A DNA stretch of 24,000 nucleotides from Gammaproteobacteria bacterium (GTDB lineage Bacteria > Pseudomonadota > Gammaproteobacteria > DSM-16500): NCBI GenBank assembly GCA_965279335.1, contig OZ257153.1:1012921-1036920 (forward strand), written 5' to 3'. The notes below the pieces were generated by a model. That model saw only the letters and a list, made by a program, of their open reading frames with translations. It made no database searches and was not told the origin of the DNA. This document shows positions 1 to 11,400 of the stretch, piece by piece. Numbering within the stretch: position 1 is the stretch's first letter; every line of letters starts with the position of its first letter. The position numbers were made by a program, and so were the translations under genes.

Positions 1-1053
1 ATGTCTGCAACGCAAATGGAGCGCGAAGCATTATCGACCCCGAAAATTTTGGCAGATCAACTCACAGAAAATATTGCTTATATCGAAGAAATTTGTACGC
101 GCTTACGTAACAATCCACCGCATTTTGTGATGACTGTTGCGCGTGGTAGTTCAGACCATGCTGCGACTTTTGCAAAATATTTATTTGAAACACGCGCAGG
201 TTTAGTTACAGCATCTGCTGCTCCATCGGTATGCACTATCTATAACAGTGAACTACATTTAAAAAATGCGTTGGTAATTGCGATTTCTCAATCAGGAGAA
301 AGCGCTGATGTGACTGAAGTATTGAGTTATGCAAAACGAATGGGTGCGGTGACTGTTGCATTCGTTAATGAAATTGATTCGCCTATTGCAGAAACAGCAG
401 AATATGTCATTCCACTGGGTGCAGGCAAAGAAGTTGCCGTCGCAGCAACTAAAACGTATCTTGCAACACTAGGCGCTTTAATCCAGTTATTAGCGTGCTA
501 TATTCAAGATAGAGCGTTAATGGAAACATTAATGCGATTACCCACTGAGTTAGCACTCGCCAGTGAATTAGATTGGTCAGAAGCCGTTGAGATCTATTTA
601 AAGCAAGAAAGTACGCTAGTTGTTGCGCGTGGTTATGGGTTTCCTATCGCTCAAGAAGCGGCATTAAAATTTAAAGAGACAGCAAAAATCCATGCAGAAG
701 CATTTAGCAGTGCTGAGTTATTACATGGTCCAGTCGCATTAGTTCAAGAAAACTTTCCTATTTTATTGTTTGGCCAACACGATGCTACGTTAAGTGGAAT
801 TTTAGAAGTCGGCGTCAGGGTAAAAACTTTGGGAGGAAACGTTATTTTAGCGCTGCCTTACCAGCAAGATATCATGGACTCTGCGCGACATGCAGCAAAT
901 CTTATTTTGCCATTACCTGAAACATTGCATCCAGTTTGTGATCCACTCATGGTGATTCAAGCATTTTATATGATGATTGCACGCTTAAGTGTGGCACGTG
1001 GTTTTGATCCTGATTCTCCACGAAATATTACGAAGGTGACGCAGACGTGGTAG
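1..1053 (+). CDS. SIS-domain amino-sugar phosphate isomerase/deaminase (GlmS C-terminal-like; AgaS / NagB-II-type glucosamine-6-P deaminase candidate)
   Basis: 350-aa ORF beginning with ATG at base 1. The N-terminus MSATQMEREA looks complete, but upstream sequence is not visible. Two SIS-type signatures are present: VIAISQSGESADV (cf. GlmS ISQSGETAD) and GFPIAQEAALKFKETAKIHAEAFSSAELLHGP (cf. GlmS EGALKLKE..HAE..KHGP). There is no glutaminase domain. The gene lies directly upstream of nagA. Confidence 0.8.
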   Translation: MSATQMEREALSTPKILADQLTENIAYIEEICTRLRNNPPHFVMTVARGSSDHAATFAKYLFETRAGLVTASAAPSVCTIYNSELHLKNALVIAISQSGESADVTEVLSYAKRMGAVTVAFVNEIDSPIAETAEYVIPLGAGKEVAVAATKTYLATLGALIQLLACYIQDRALMETLMRLPTELALASELDWSEAVEIYLKQESTLVVARGYGFPIAQEAALKFKETAKIHAEAFSSAELLHGPVALVQENFPILLFGQHDATLSGILEVGVRVKTLGGNVILALPYQQDIMDSARHAANLILPLPETLHPVCDPLMVIQAFYMMIARLSVARGFDPDSPRNITKVTQTW

Positions 1054-1152
1054 TTGTCGCTTCGCTTGGTTTCACGGTGCATCCAAGGAGGTCCCTCGTC
1101 GCTTTGCTCCTCGGGATGACAGCTGTCATCCCGAGCGTAGCGAGGGATCTCC
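1054..1152 (+). repeat. Family-A intergenic palindromic element, copy 1 (leader + 35-nt arm, 2-nt loop, 29-nt arm)
   Basis: GGAGGTCCCTCGTCGCTTTGCTCCTCGGGATGACA (1087-1121), GC, then TGTCATCCCGAGCGTAGCGAGGGATCTCC (1124-1152) form an imperfect inverted repeat. The leader TTCGCTTGGTTTCACGGTGCATCCAA (1061-1086) is homologous to 16221-16246 and to about 18903-18925. The core recurs at 16159-16273, 18900-19001 and 23043-23089. Confidence 0.85.
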
Positions 1153-1186
1153 CAAATAGTATGTTCACTAACAAAACGGTAATACA

Positions 1187-2365
1187 ATGAATAAAACAGA
1201 ACTTTTAATCATTGCAGGCGCAACAGTTTATGGCGAAAACGAAAATTTTTCTCGCTCTGCTCTTGTCATAAAAGATAAATTAATTATTGATATTATTGCG
1301 GCTGATGAAGTAAAAAAATACCCCGCAGCAAAAGTTTTGCAATTCCCAGAAACATTTCATTGTGTACCTGGTTTTATCGATGTGCATATTCATGGTACGC
1401 ATGGCAAAGATATCATGGATGCGAGCGATGAAGCTTTTACAGCGATTAGCCAAGCATTAGCAGCGGAAGGTACGACGTCTTATCTAGCCACAACTATGAC
1501 AGCATCGCGTGATGATATTGAAAAAGTATTAACACAAGTCGCAGCATACAAAAAAACGCAAGATAAGGTTATAGGCGCAGAATTATTAGGCATACATTTA
1601 GAAGGACCCTTTATTTCGCCAGATAAAGTAGGTGCACAAAGTTGTGATTTTATTTTAGATCCCGATATTGAGTTAATTAAACGCTGGCAAGCGTTAGCAA
1701 ATCAACAGATTAAGTTATTAACTTTGGCGCCCGAATTAAACAATAGCGCGGAATTTATAGATGCTTTAAAGCAATTAAATATTATTGCTTCCATTGGCCA
1801 TACCAATGCAACCTATGCGGAAACTTTAAAAGGGATTGCAGCAGGTTGTCAGCATGTCACGCATTTATTCAATGCCATGCGCGGCATTCATCAACGTGAA
1901 CCAGGTGTCGTTACAGCAGCATTATTAAATAATGTATTTGCAGAAATGATAGTTGATGGTGTGCATTTACATCCAGCGATTGTTGAAATGATTTTACGCT
2001 TGAAAGGCAAAGATAAATTAGTTTTAGTGACTGACGCGATGCGTGCCAAATGTTTACGTGATGGTGAATATGATTTAGGTGGGCAACCAGTGCAAGTGAA
2101 AAAAGGTATTGCCACATTAAAAGACGGCACGCTGGCTGGTAGCACATTAAAAATGTCAGATGCGATTCGTAATATGCTGCAATACACATCCTGTGAGTTA
2201 CGCGATGTCGTGCAAATGGCATCATGGAATCCCGCAAAATTATTAGGCATTGAAAATCAAAAAGGAAGTTTAGCAAAAAATAAAGATGCTGATGTTGTTG
2301 TGCTAGATGAAAGTTACAATGTAGTGATGACAATGTGTGCGGGAAAGATTATACAACCGAATTAA
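1187..2365 (+). CDS. nagA: N-acetylglucosamine-6-phosphate deacetylase
   Basis: 392-aa ORF with the NagA/amidohydrolase motif series in order: PGFIDVHIHG, IHLEGPFISP, LTLAPEL, SIGHTNATY, VTHLFNAMRG, MIVDGVHLHP, LVLVTDAMRA. It is paired with the upstream SIS deaminase-like gene. Confidence 0.9.
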   Translation: MNKTELLIIAGATVYGENENFSRSALVIKDKLIIDIIAADEVKKYPAAKVLQFPETFHCVPGFIDVHIHGTHGKDIMDASDEAFTAISQALAAEGTTSYLATTMTASRDDIEKVLTQVAAYKKTQDKVIGAELLGIHLEGPFISPDKVGAQSCDFILDPDIELIKRWQALANQQIKLLTLAPELNNSAEFIDALKQLNIIASIGHTNATYAETLKGIAAGCQHVTHLFNAMRGIHQREPGVVTAALLNNVFAEMIVDGVHLHPAIVEMILRLKGKDKLVLVTDAMRAKCLRDGEYDLGGQPVQVKKGIATLKDGTLAGSTLKMSDAIRNMLQYTSCELRDVVQMASWNPAKLLGIENQKGSLAKNKDADVVVLDESYNVVMTMCAGKIIQPN

Positions 2366-2424
2366 TATATCATTTTGTTTGTCTTGTCATGACGTTTTAA
2401 GCTCTGTTGTTATGTCAACGAAAG

Positions 2425-2475
2425 CTTCCTCGTTGGGCCCCCCGACTTATACGTAAGTCGCGGGACGACGAGGAG
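2425..2475. terminator. GC-rich imperfect hairpin between convergent nagA and the giant ORF (candidate bidirectional terminator)
   Basis: In CTTCCTCGTTGGGCCCCCCGACTTA-TACG-TAAGTCGCGGGACGACGAGGAG, the inner stem is CGACTTA/TAAGTCG and the outer stem CCTCGT/ACGAGG, with CCC/GGG pairs between them. It ends 5 nt from the giant ORF stop (2481-2483) and starts 60 nt after the nagA stop. Flanking T-runs are weak, so intrinsic termination is unproven. Confidence 0.4.
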
Positions 2476-2480
2476 TCATA

Positions 2481-5400
2481 TTATTTGTGTTCTAATTGTT
2501 GGCCCTCTTGCGGTCTTAGATGAGCGTGTTGCGCAAACGAGTCGCGCAAGCCTTTAACATAGTCACCTTCCAAGCCAGCATTAACATGCATGATTGCCAT
2601 ACGTGTATCATGATAAATAGTGTCGCCCACGTCAGGCTGTTTCTGGAATGGATTACTTCCTTTTGGAGGGGTAATATGTTTTTTAAGAATCGCATCAACG
2701 TGTTTTAACGCTTCTCCATAATTAGCAGGCTGTGGATTTTCACTAGCATACTTAAGAATTTTAAAGACAGCGCAAGTCACTTGAAACTTCGTTGCTTTTT
2801 GAGCGACTGGATCTGTTACATTGACCGTGTATTTTGGTCGCGAGCTCACAATTCCTGGCTTGTGCTGGCTCCAGAATGCAGCAACGCTTTCATAACCACA
2901 AAGACCATTAATAATATACTCGTACATTGCTTGTTGATTCGCTGCAATAGCGGTAGCTGGAAGTTTTTTGCTTGCAATAGCCTTCATCATTTTAGCTTGT
3001 TGAACGCTTGGTTCAGCACCTTTGTAGCCGACTCTGCGACGACTCATCACGCCATCAATAACTTTTTGATTTGCAGCGCGACGATCTGCATTTTCCGCAC
3101 GATTTTTGTCAAATAAGTATTTTCTGTACGCTTCAATCGCGTCATTTTTAACATCTGTTGTTAAGACATTACCAAGTTCCGAGACAGCCGCAGACATGCG
3201 TTCACCAGCGCGAGCTGGAATTAAGCTGCTGATGGCGACATTCATATTGTATGCCCATAATGCCCACTGAGAAGGATCCAGTTTATTGACACCACTGGGT
3301 GGTTTGAGTAACGAAGGGAAAACGCTAAACCAAACTATATTAGCTTTTTTCATAATATCGTCACAAATGGTATTGAACTGGGATTGGAGTTCTTCTGCAA
3401 GCCCATCTAATTGTGCCATGATGCTAGGGTCATTTATTTGCTTAGTTGTTTCTCCTGCTTTTCCGCCGACTCTAGCGACTTGTTGTATTTCAGCACGTTG
3501 TAGTAAATCAAATGCTTGTTCAGCCAAGATTTTAGCCGTTTCAATATTGCTAACAACGATATTGAGTGCTTTGCCTTGCATCACGACTAAGTCGTGACAG
3601 TCAGCAAAGAGAGTGGCTACTTCATTGATACTGGTTTGGATTCCTTTTATTGCAACATGGCGATCAGCAAGTTCTTTGTTGACACTTAAAAGATATTCGC
3701 GAGACTCATAAGCAGGCCTTAACAATTTGTCAATTTGCAATTGTTCATACGCACTTTTAACTTCTGTTTTTATTTGCTCTGCAGTAAGTCCTTTATTTTT
3801 GAAGAATGCCTTGCCAGCACCACTTTCTAAATAGCGCTCGATTTGGATGCTGATAGCTTTCTCTCTATAAGTTCTCTGTTCTGCTGTCAGCGTAGATTCT
3901 AATGTGAGAATGCTAAATCCCATAAATCGTAAGCTGACATAAAGATCATTTTGCAGTTTGGTTTGATCACCATCTGACAATGTTGCAACAGCAACAGGTC
4001 CGATTTTCTTTGGTATAACAACAGCTGGTTTATCTGGTGTTGCTACAACAAAGTAGTCAGATTTTTTCTCTCCTGCCCACCAGCGGTAAATCATGCTAGG
4101 TATTTTTCGTGTGAAAAATTCAAAAAAACCGCTCCATTTTCCTTGGGAAACAAGTTCATAATCAGCTCGTCTATATGCTGTTGCAGCGAACTTACTCAAG
4201 CTTGAGTTTTTGTCAGCATGTGCTGCTAAAAGTGAAGCGGCATCTTTAACTTTAGCAATGTCACCACCTAGTGTTTGTTTGAAATAAGATTTCCAATACT
4301 CTTTAGGCTCATCTTTGTGTAATAAAGAGAATTGAGCAATCGCTGTTGGATATGCTTTCGGCGCTCGTTCCGCGCAGGTAATCAAGCGATCTGCATTCCC
4401 AAATAAGTGATTAATTACGGTTTGCTGAATTGGCGATGGCTGCCCTTGTGGTATCGCTCTAGTAACAAACGCAACATAGTTATCGTGATGCTCACTATAA
4501 AAAAAGTCGAGTAACTTTGTGAGCTCAGTTTGTGATCTTCTAACCACAGCTATAGGTGCTGTCTTCGCAGTAACTAACCAGCTATCATAAAATGCTGTCA
4601 GCTCTGTTAAAGCAGTTAGTCTTATAGGGCGATTATTATCTGTATAGCTATAATAAAAGAAATCAAAATTACCTACGCGACCTGCGACACTTGCAGCAAT
4701 CTTATAGTTGAAACTTGGATTGCTAGATAATTTTTCGTAGAGCTGAGCATTTGACATTACCGCAGCATAAAAAGCCTCATTGGCAAATAAAGCTTTGTCA
4801 TTAGCAGCAACAATACCGACAATCAAGTTGATACCTTTTGCTGAGATATCAAAATTTAAGTCAAAATGACCTAGTTCCCCTGCAAGAGCTTCCTTTAACC
4901 ACAAGCTGATTTTAGCTTCACTCCAGATAAGACCATAGATGTTACCAAGCAGTCCTTGGCGACGTTGTAGGTCATTTTGAGCATCAGCTACAAGATCAGA
5001 GTGTGTTGTGAGAGCTAATTTCAATAATGCTTTCTTTCTTTCTGGAGTCAGTGTGATAGTAGAAAGTAGATCTTTTGCTTCCTCTACGAGATCTGGGCAC
5101 AGGCTGATAAATTGAATAACACGATCAGCATCCAGTTTTTTCGCTTTGATAGTGTCGATAATTATTTTGCGAATAGCAACATCGGCAGTGAGAAATGCCA
5201 GTACTTGGCAAGCTTCATCTTTATCCGCAAGCCATTCTTTAAAGAGAAATGCAAGTACGCTATTGATGCTATCTTTATCAGGTTTGAGTGCTAGGCATTG
5301 TTCTTTTGAAAGACGTGGATAAATCGATCTCTGCATCATCATGTAATTTTTTACTTGCTGAGGTAGATTTTCTAAATATCGAGTTGGCAAGGTATCAAAT

Positions 5401-8400
5401 TTGATAGCTAGGAAAATAGTTTTTAGGTCTATAGCATCTAATTCAATGTCTTGTCCGCCAGCAGCAGGTTTAGCTAATCCGATGCTGACTAAGTAGCTAT
5501 CGCGATGTAATAAATTAATAGCAGTCAAGCTGCGTACTTGAGCAGATAAATTAGCATCCGTAGACCATGCTACTAAATGTGCATCATTAGCTTCTCTTTC
5601 TAATAATTGATAAATGATGTCATCAGGCAAATCTTTTAATTTCAGTAATATAAAAATGTCATTCTTAGAGAGTGTAGTAGATGGATCTAATACATACTTG
5701 AGTAATGCGGTTAAAATACTTTCCCGGCGATCTTGATTCCCAGCGCGATTGAGTTCAGCTATGAAGCTATCGAGAGTGCTGTACTGTAAGACACGAGCGA
5801 GCAAGGCATTACATATTCTGCTATTTTCTAAAATATTTGTGAGACAATATTTATGATGAGCTGTTGTGAGTGGAGATGTGAAAAATATCGCTTGCACAAA
5901 TGTAGGATCAAATACAGTCGATACGACTCTTACTTTTCTGTCGTTACCTACTAGATCAACATATCCAATCACTGCACCATTTGCACTATATAGTCGCGTG
6001 CCGATTACTGCAGTACAGTCGTCTGGTAGTTTCCCAGCAGTCATTTTGGTCGTAATTTTGTTACTACCTTCGTAATATGTGACAGTGGCATCAGTTAATA
6101 ATGTGCTGTTTTCTTTATCCAGAAGTAATCGGATAACTGCGCTTGGTTCATCATCAGAAACAGGGATGCTTAATCCTTCTAATGCAGTCAGTACCAATTT
6201 TTGTTGTAGATCACTAGCAGAGTCTCTTTGTGTTTGCACATGCGAAGCAATGCTCGGCAGTCCGGCGTCACTTAAGAGTGCACTAGTATCAGCTGCAGAG
6301 AGTGTTATTGTCGCCGTAGCATCATTAGCAGGGAGAGCTTGCTGTTTCTTTACTAACTCAGCAACTGTTGTGCTAAATGGTGGGTTTTGAGGTAACGTTA
6401 ATAAACACTCAATTAGCTCTTGGAGTGAGGCAGCATTGAAATTAGTGTTTTTTAACAGAGTGAGTGCGCGATTTGCTGCTGTGTCACAGCTGTCACCTTC
6501 TCTTTTGAAGGCTACAATCTGTTCTTTAATTCCTAACACAACTTGACGCATAGTCTCTAGTGACTCGTGTGCCATGATGGTGTGAATTTGTTTTCTTAAT
6601 TGTGCAAGCTGATTGCGTAGTGATTGACGAGCAGCTTTATTCTCTGCGCCAGATAATCTTTTGATTTCTGCCAATAAAGCGGCTTCTTCTTGGATTAGTG
6701 CTTTAGCTGCTCTGAGCGCTAACTCAGCATTTACAGTAATGCGATTTGGTTTTCTATTAGCTGGTAATTTTTCTTCAGCTAATGCTGGGCCATGAGCAGC
6801 TTGTCTTGCAATGAGTTCCGCACGTTCAGCTTGCTTAGTTGCTTGATATTCTACGGCAAGCAATCCAAGGATATCGCTTTCGTTGAATAAGTTGTATGCA
6901 TTAAACATATAACGTTGGCGCAATAAACGTAAATTCGCATCGTCAGGATTTGCGATAAGATTCCTGATGTAAGAATTGAAGCGTTTATCTGTTCGAGTTA
7001 ATTCATTTAAGTTATCAAATGGAATTAATGTAAACCATTCGTTTGTATAGAGCTCAGGTTTATAAGCGCGCATATCTAACAGTAAAGCTACAAAAACATT
7101 TTTTGCTTTTGCTGCAATAGCGGTATCTGCGTTATTCAGGTTGGCGAGACAATGCAGTAATAACTTATTTAAAAGAGGTGAATGTTCTTTTCCATCCATT
7201 CCTTTTTCAAATAGACCATTGAAGAATATTTCTCTTGCTTCAGGCGAACGATTCAGGCTGAAATAGTCTTGCATTAGGTCACACAAAGCCGTGGTCGTAG
7301 GTAAAAATGTAGCTGCATCGACAAACTCATTGTAGCTTCTTAAGCATTCTACAAGTTGAGATGCAAACAATTGGTCAGTTGCAAAATCGGTAGATAAGTA
7401 ACTCTTGAATTCATTCAGACGTTTAGCCAGTTTTGTTAAATTGGCTTTAGTCGCTGATGTACTAGCGGTATTATCAATACCACTGCTGGCGATTACATAA
7501 CGGGGATCAAAGCCAATAAAGGCTTTGAGTAATTTTGTGCTGTTAGGGTAGAGCGCTACAACATGTTTATCCATGATCTTAGCTTGATCACGCAATAATT
7601 CACATAGCATTACATCATCTATGCCGCTAGGTAGTGCTTTCTTGGAGAGAGCGTCTTGGATGGCATTGGCTAAGACCACAGTGCCTGCTGCTTTACATTC
7701 TGCAAGCAGATAAGATATTTCGTTTGGGCTATTGATAATGGGAGCTAACCAATCGCGTAAAACTTGGTATGCATCATCATTTGCGTCATCTAGGGCATCT
7801 GCAAGATCATTAAAGTTAGCTCTAGTAGTCGACGATTTTGTTCGCATTAATAGCTGTTGCAAACTGTAACCTGGAGATGTAATTAGCGTAGAGAGTTGCT
7901 CAAATCCACGAGCATCTAATAATGCTGAGATGATGGGCTCTACTGTTTCGTCTGCGAAACCAGCTGTTACTAAAAGTTTTTCTACAGCGTCTGGATCGGT
8001 TGCGCATGCAGCAAGAATTTTACAGTTGTTTTTATCCAACATTAATTGTGCGAGCTTATACATCAGTGCTGGATTCATGGCGAGAGTAGCGATATCGGCA
8101 TCGACTTTTAGACTGCTTTTTGCTGTATGTTTAGTGAATCGTTGACGCAGTTGATCTGATGTTTGTGCTGCTATCCAGTCTACGCTTGAGCATGCCTCAG
8201 TGAAACCTTCTTTGGTTTCCGCAAATAAATCAGTGAACTGTCGTAATAAGTCTCTCTGTGTCGAGACAAGGCTATTAGTTGGATTGAGAGTCTGTTTTGT
8301 ATATGTAATAGCAGTGGTTAAGTTTTGTCTTACCAGCGCGCAATCATCTGGTGTGCTTGTCCCAGCTGCGATTCTGGTTGCAGCAGGAATAAATTTTTTG

Positions 8401-11400
8401 TTAACGACATTTAAAATTGGGCTTTTTGTCAATAACCATGCCGCTGTTTTAGCTTCGTTATCAGAAATCGGTTTTCCTACGCGTTGATTATCCCATTCTA
8501 ATAATCGATGTCTATCAATCGACGTAGCTCCTGCTAAGTAATGTTCTGCTCTAGCATTACTTTGTAATGTTTGCATGATTTCATCACGAAACTCTGCAAG
8601 ATAAGGTAAATAAAAACGTAAGACTCCATCGTCAATGGTTGTTGAATTCCCTGCCTGAGTTGGTATAAGTATTGCAACTAGTTTTCTTCTTAATTCTGCA
8701 TTGCTCTCGGGCGCTAAAACCTTTGCTAATGTTTCGCGTTTGCTTTGCGAAAGCCCAGCCATCTGAACGGGATCTAAAAATATAGCTTCGAATGCAGCGC
8801 GAATGTTGGGCTGTTGTAATTCGTTTAATGCGACGACTACGCTGTTATATACGTCATCACTAGCAGTATTTAATCGGCCTAAACTGTTTGAACCTTTTGT
8901 AATAAGCGATACAAATAGATCAGTTAAGGTAGCTCTAATAGGTGTAGGAGCTGTAGGACATTGCAATATTGTTTCCGCTAACAGAGGAAGGCTGTCAAAA
9001 TTGACAAGATTCAACGATTGCCCAAATTTTTCAGTATTAGCTTTGTAAATTAAGGTTAATAAAATAGCGCCATACTGAGGAGTTAATGATTGCACAAAAC
9101 CCATCACAGTATTGATGTCGTCAAATGGTACTAATTTTAATGCAGCCGATAGAGTTGCACTACTTTGTTCTTTTGCAGCTTCTACAAAAATTGTTTTCTT
9201 ACTGAATATTATTTTTGCGCATATAGATTTTAATGGAGAACCTGAAGCGACACTTGCGTTAAATAAAGCAAGGAAGCTTGCCGGCGCAAGTAAGGCTAGT
9301 GTTTCTAAATTTCTGTCGATAAGAAGATCAGTGTAAGGAGTATTAGTTTTTTTCACATGGTTGAAAAAACGATCCGCAATGTGTTTAGCAGAAGCGGGAT
9401 TTTCTCGCGCCAGTTCAACGATGCGTGCAACCGATGCTGCGTGAGATACGATCACTCTGACAATGTCGTTATATTGTTTATCGTTTTCATCGATCCCAGG
9501 AATTTGTTTATCTAGCGTTTTTGCAGGAATTCCAGCAGCAATTAAATCTAGGCCCAATTCTCTGCCGAATGTGTTAGTCAAAGAGACCATTGCTTTTGCT
9601 AGGGAGCTTTGCTCAATTGTTTTTGCAACGAGTATTCGTGCATAGGGTTTAATTGCTGCAAAAAGTTCATTTTGAGATAGTTTTGATTGTGATAATGCAT
9701 TTAACACCGCGTCAATCGGTAGTGCTTCAGCTAGTGTGGTAACGAGCAATTGTTTGAGCTTTTCATCTTGATTTCTTACATCAAGAATCGCTGCAATCAA
9801 GAGAGGTAATTTTAACTCTCCAAAACCCGCTGGGCTTGCTAAGCGTGTGATAGTGTCATGCATCACAGTATTATGATTAGGTAATAGTAGAGCTGCTTGG
9901 CTAATGATTAACAAAAGTAGTTGAGCCGATGTTAATGATGCAACAAACGTTGCATCGCTCATGATGGTATTCCATTCAGTACCACTTTTAGTTGTTTGTG
10001 CTTGATGATATCGGCAAGCTTGTATCGCTGCAGGAGCAGTCGAGCTTGCTGCCGCTGCAAAAAATCCAGCAGGTTGTTTTGCAAGAAAAGCATCGTCATC
10101 GTGTGTAATATCAAACTTAAAGAAAGTATGTACGATGGCTGTATATTGTAAGGTGTGTTCTTGCTCACGTAGTGACTCTAACAATGCAATAATTGTTTTT
10201 TTGTTGGCAACACGATTACTGACTGGGAATGTAGAATATAGTGCGCTCCAGTCAGCTTCTGATGCGAGGAAGCGAGATGCTGTGCTGATTGCAATGCTTC
10301 CAAATGCAAGAGTGTAACCATTAATGACAAGTGTTTGCATGCATGCGATGAATGCTTCTTTTTCTTTGCTTGTCGCGGTATCACCCACTGGGGTAATGTT
10401 AGCGAGTGCTTTAGCTAGCTCTGTTTCAGTAGCTTCTTTTTGTTGTACTTCTGCAGAACTTAAGCCCTGTTTGCTGTATTTAGTTGCTATTTCATTAATT
10501 AAGATGACAGCTTGAATTAAGTTAATGTTGCTTTTTAGTACGCTTTTTCCAGCGCTTTCATTGACTTCTTTGATTAAGCTGAAGAACGCAGTGCTAATCG
10601 TACCTAGGTGTAATTGTATTGCTTGGTTGAAAAATACCACTGCTGTCGCTAGGTTATTTAAAATCATATATTTTGTTAAAGCAGTATTTACAAAAAGCTC
10701 TGCAACAATTTGTTCATTGGTTGCAGCGCTTGAAGCAGGAGTTTCACTTTTAGAATCTGTACCCGCTTTTTTCCATACGGAAGACATGAAGTGATAGGAG
10801 TCCGTTACTTGGATATCTGCAACAGCTGTGTCTTTTGCTGTACATTGTAGAACAAGTACAGCGAGCGTGCTCAATTTTGCTAGTGTTGCATCAATAGCCG
10901 CGCGTGCAGTAGGTTCATCAGCTTTTTTATCGGGATCTAGATCATCTCGTTTTCCTAATTCTGCTGCAATGAGTGACTCATAACCTTGTCTTGCATATAA
11001 GCCACTAGTTAATACGCTAGCAGGTAACGTATGTAGTTTGATAGCAAGATCAGCGTCAGAAGTAATAACACCTATTTTGCGGGCAAAGATATAAAACTCT
11101 AATGCGCGAGTAGGGTATTGTTCTGTTAATGCTGTCATAGCAGTAGCATTTGCTAATATCAATGTCGTTGATGCTCTTGCAGATGCTCTGTTTGTTTCAA
11201 GTAATAATTCAGATTTACGCGCAAGTATTTTAGCAATGAAATCATGCAAGCGTTTTCGTGAAGACAATTCTTTTTCTACAACAGCAAGGTGAGCCTGCAA
11301 GGATGGAGTGCCTAAAATTTTAAAATAGGCTTTACACAGTTCAGTTCCAGAATAGAGGCTAAACAGGGGAGCTAAGGTTTTATCTTCTTCTTTAACGATA

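Noticed and set aside
966-1187. 73-aa ORF on the - strand spanning the SIS-gene 3' end and the first intergenic repeat.
   Set aside because: Its sequence (..IPRYARDDSCHPEEQSDEGPP..) is simply a read-through of the Family-A palindrome, and it overlaps a well-supported gene.
6468-6488. C-x5-R strings in the giant protein (SCDTAANRA here; also ICNALLARV further downstream) as possible PTP or phosphoinositide-phosphatase P-loops.
   Set aside because: Both lack the (H/V)C-x2-G-x2-R(S/T) context and sit in helical-looking sequence. With roughly two dozen Cys in the protein, one or two bare C-x5-R matches are expected by chance.
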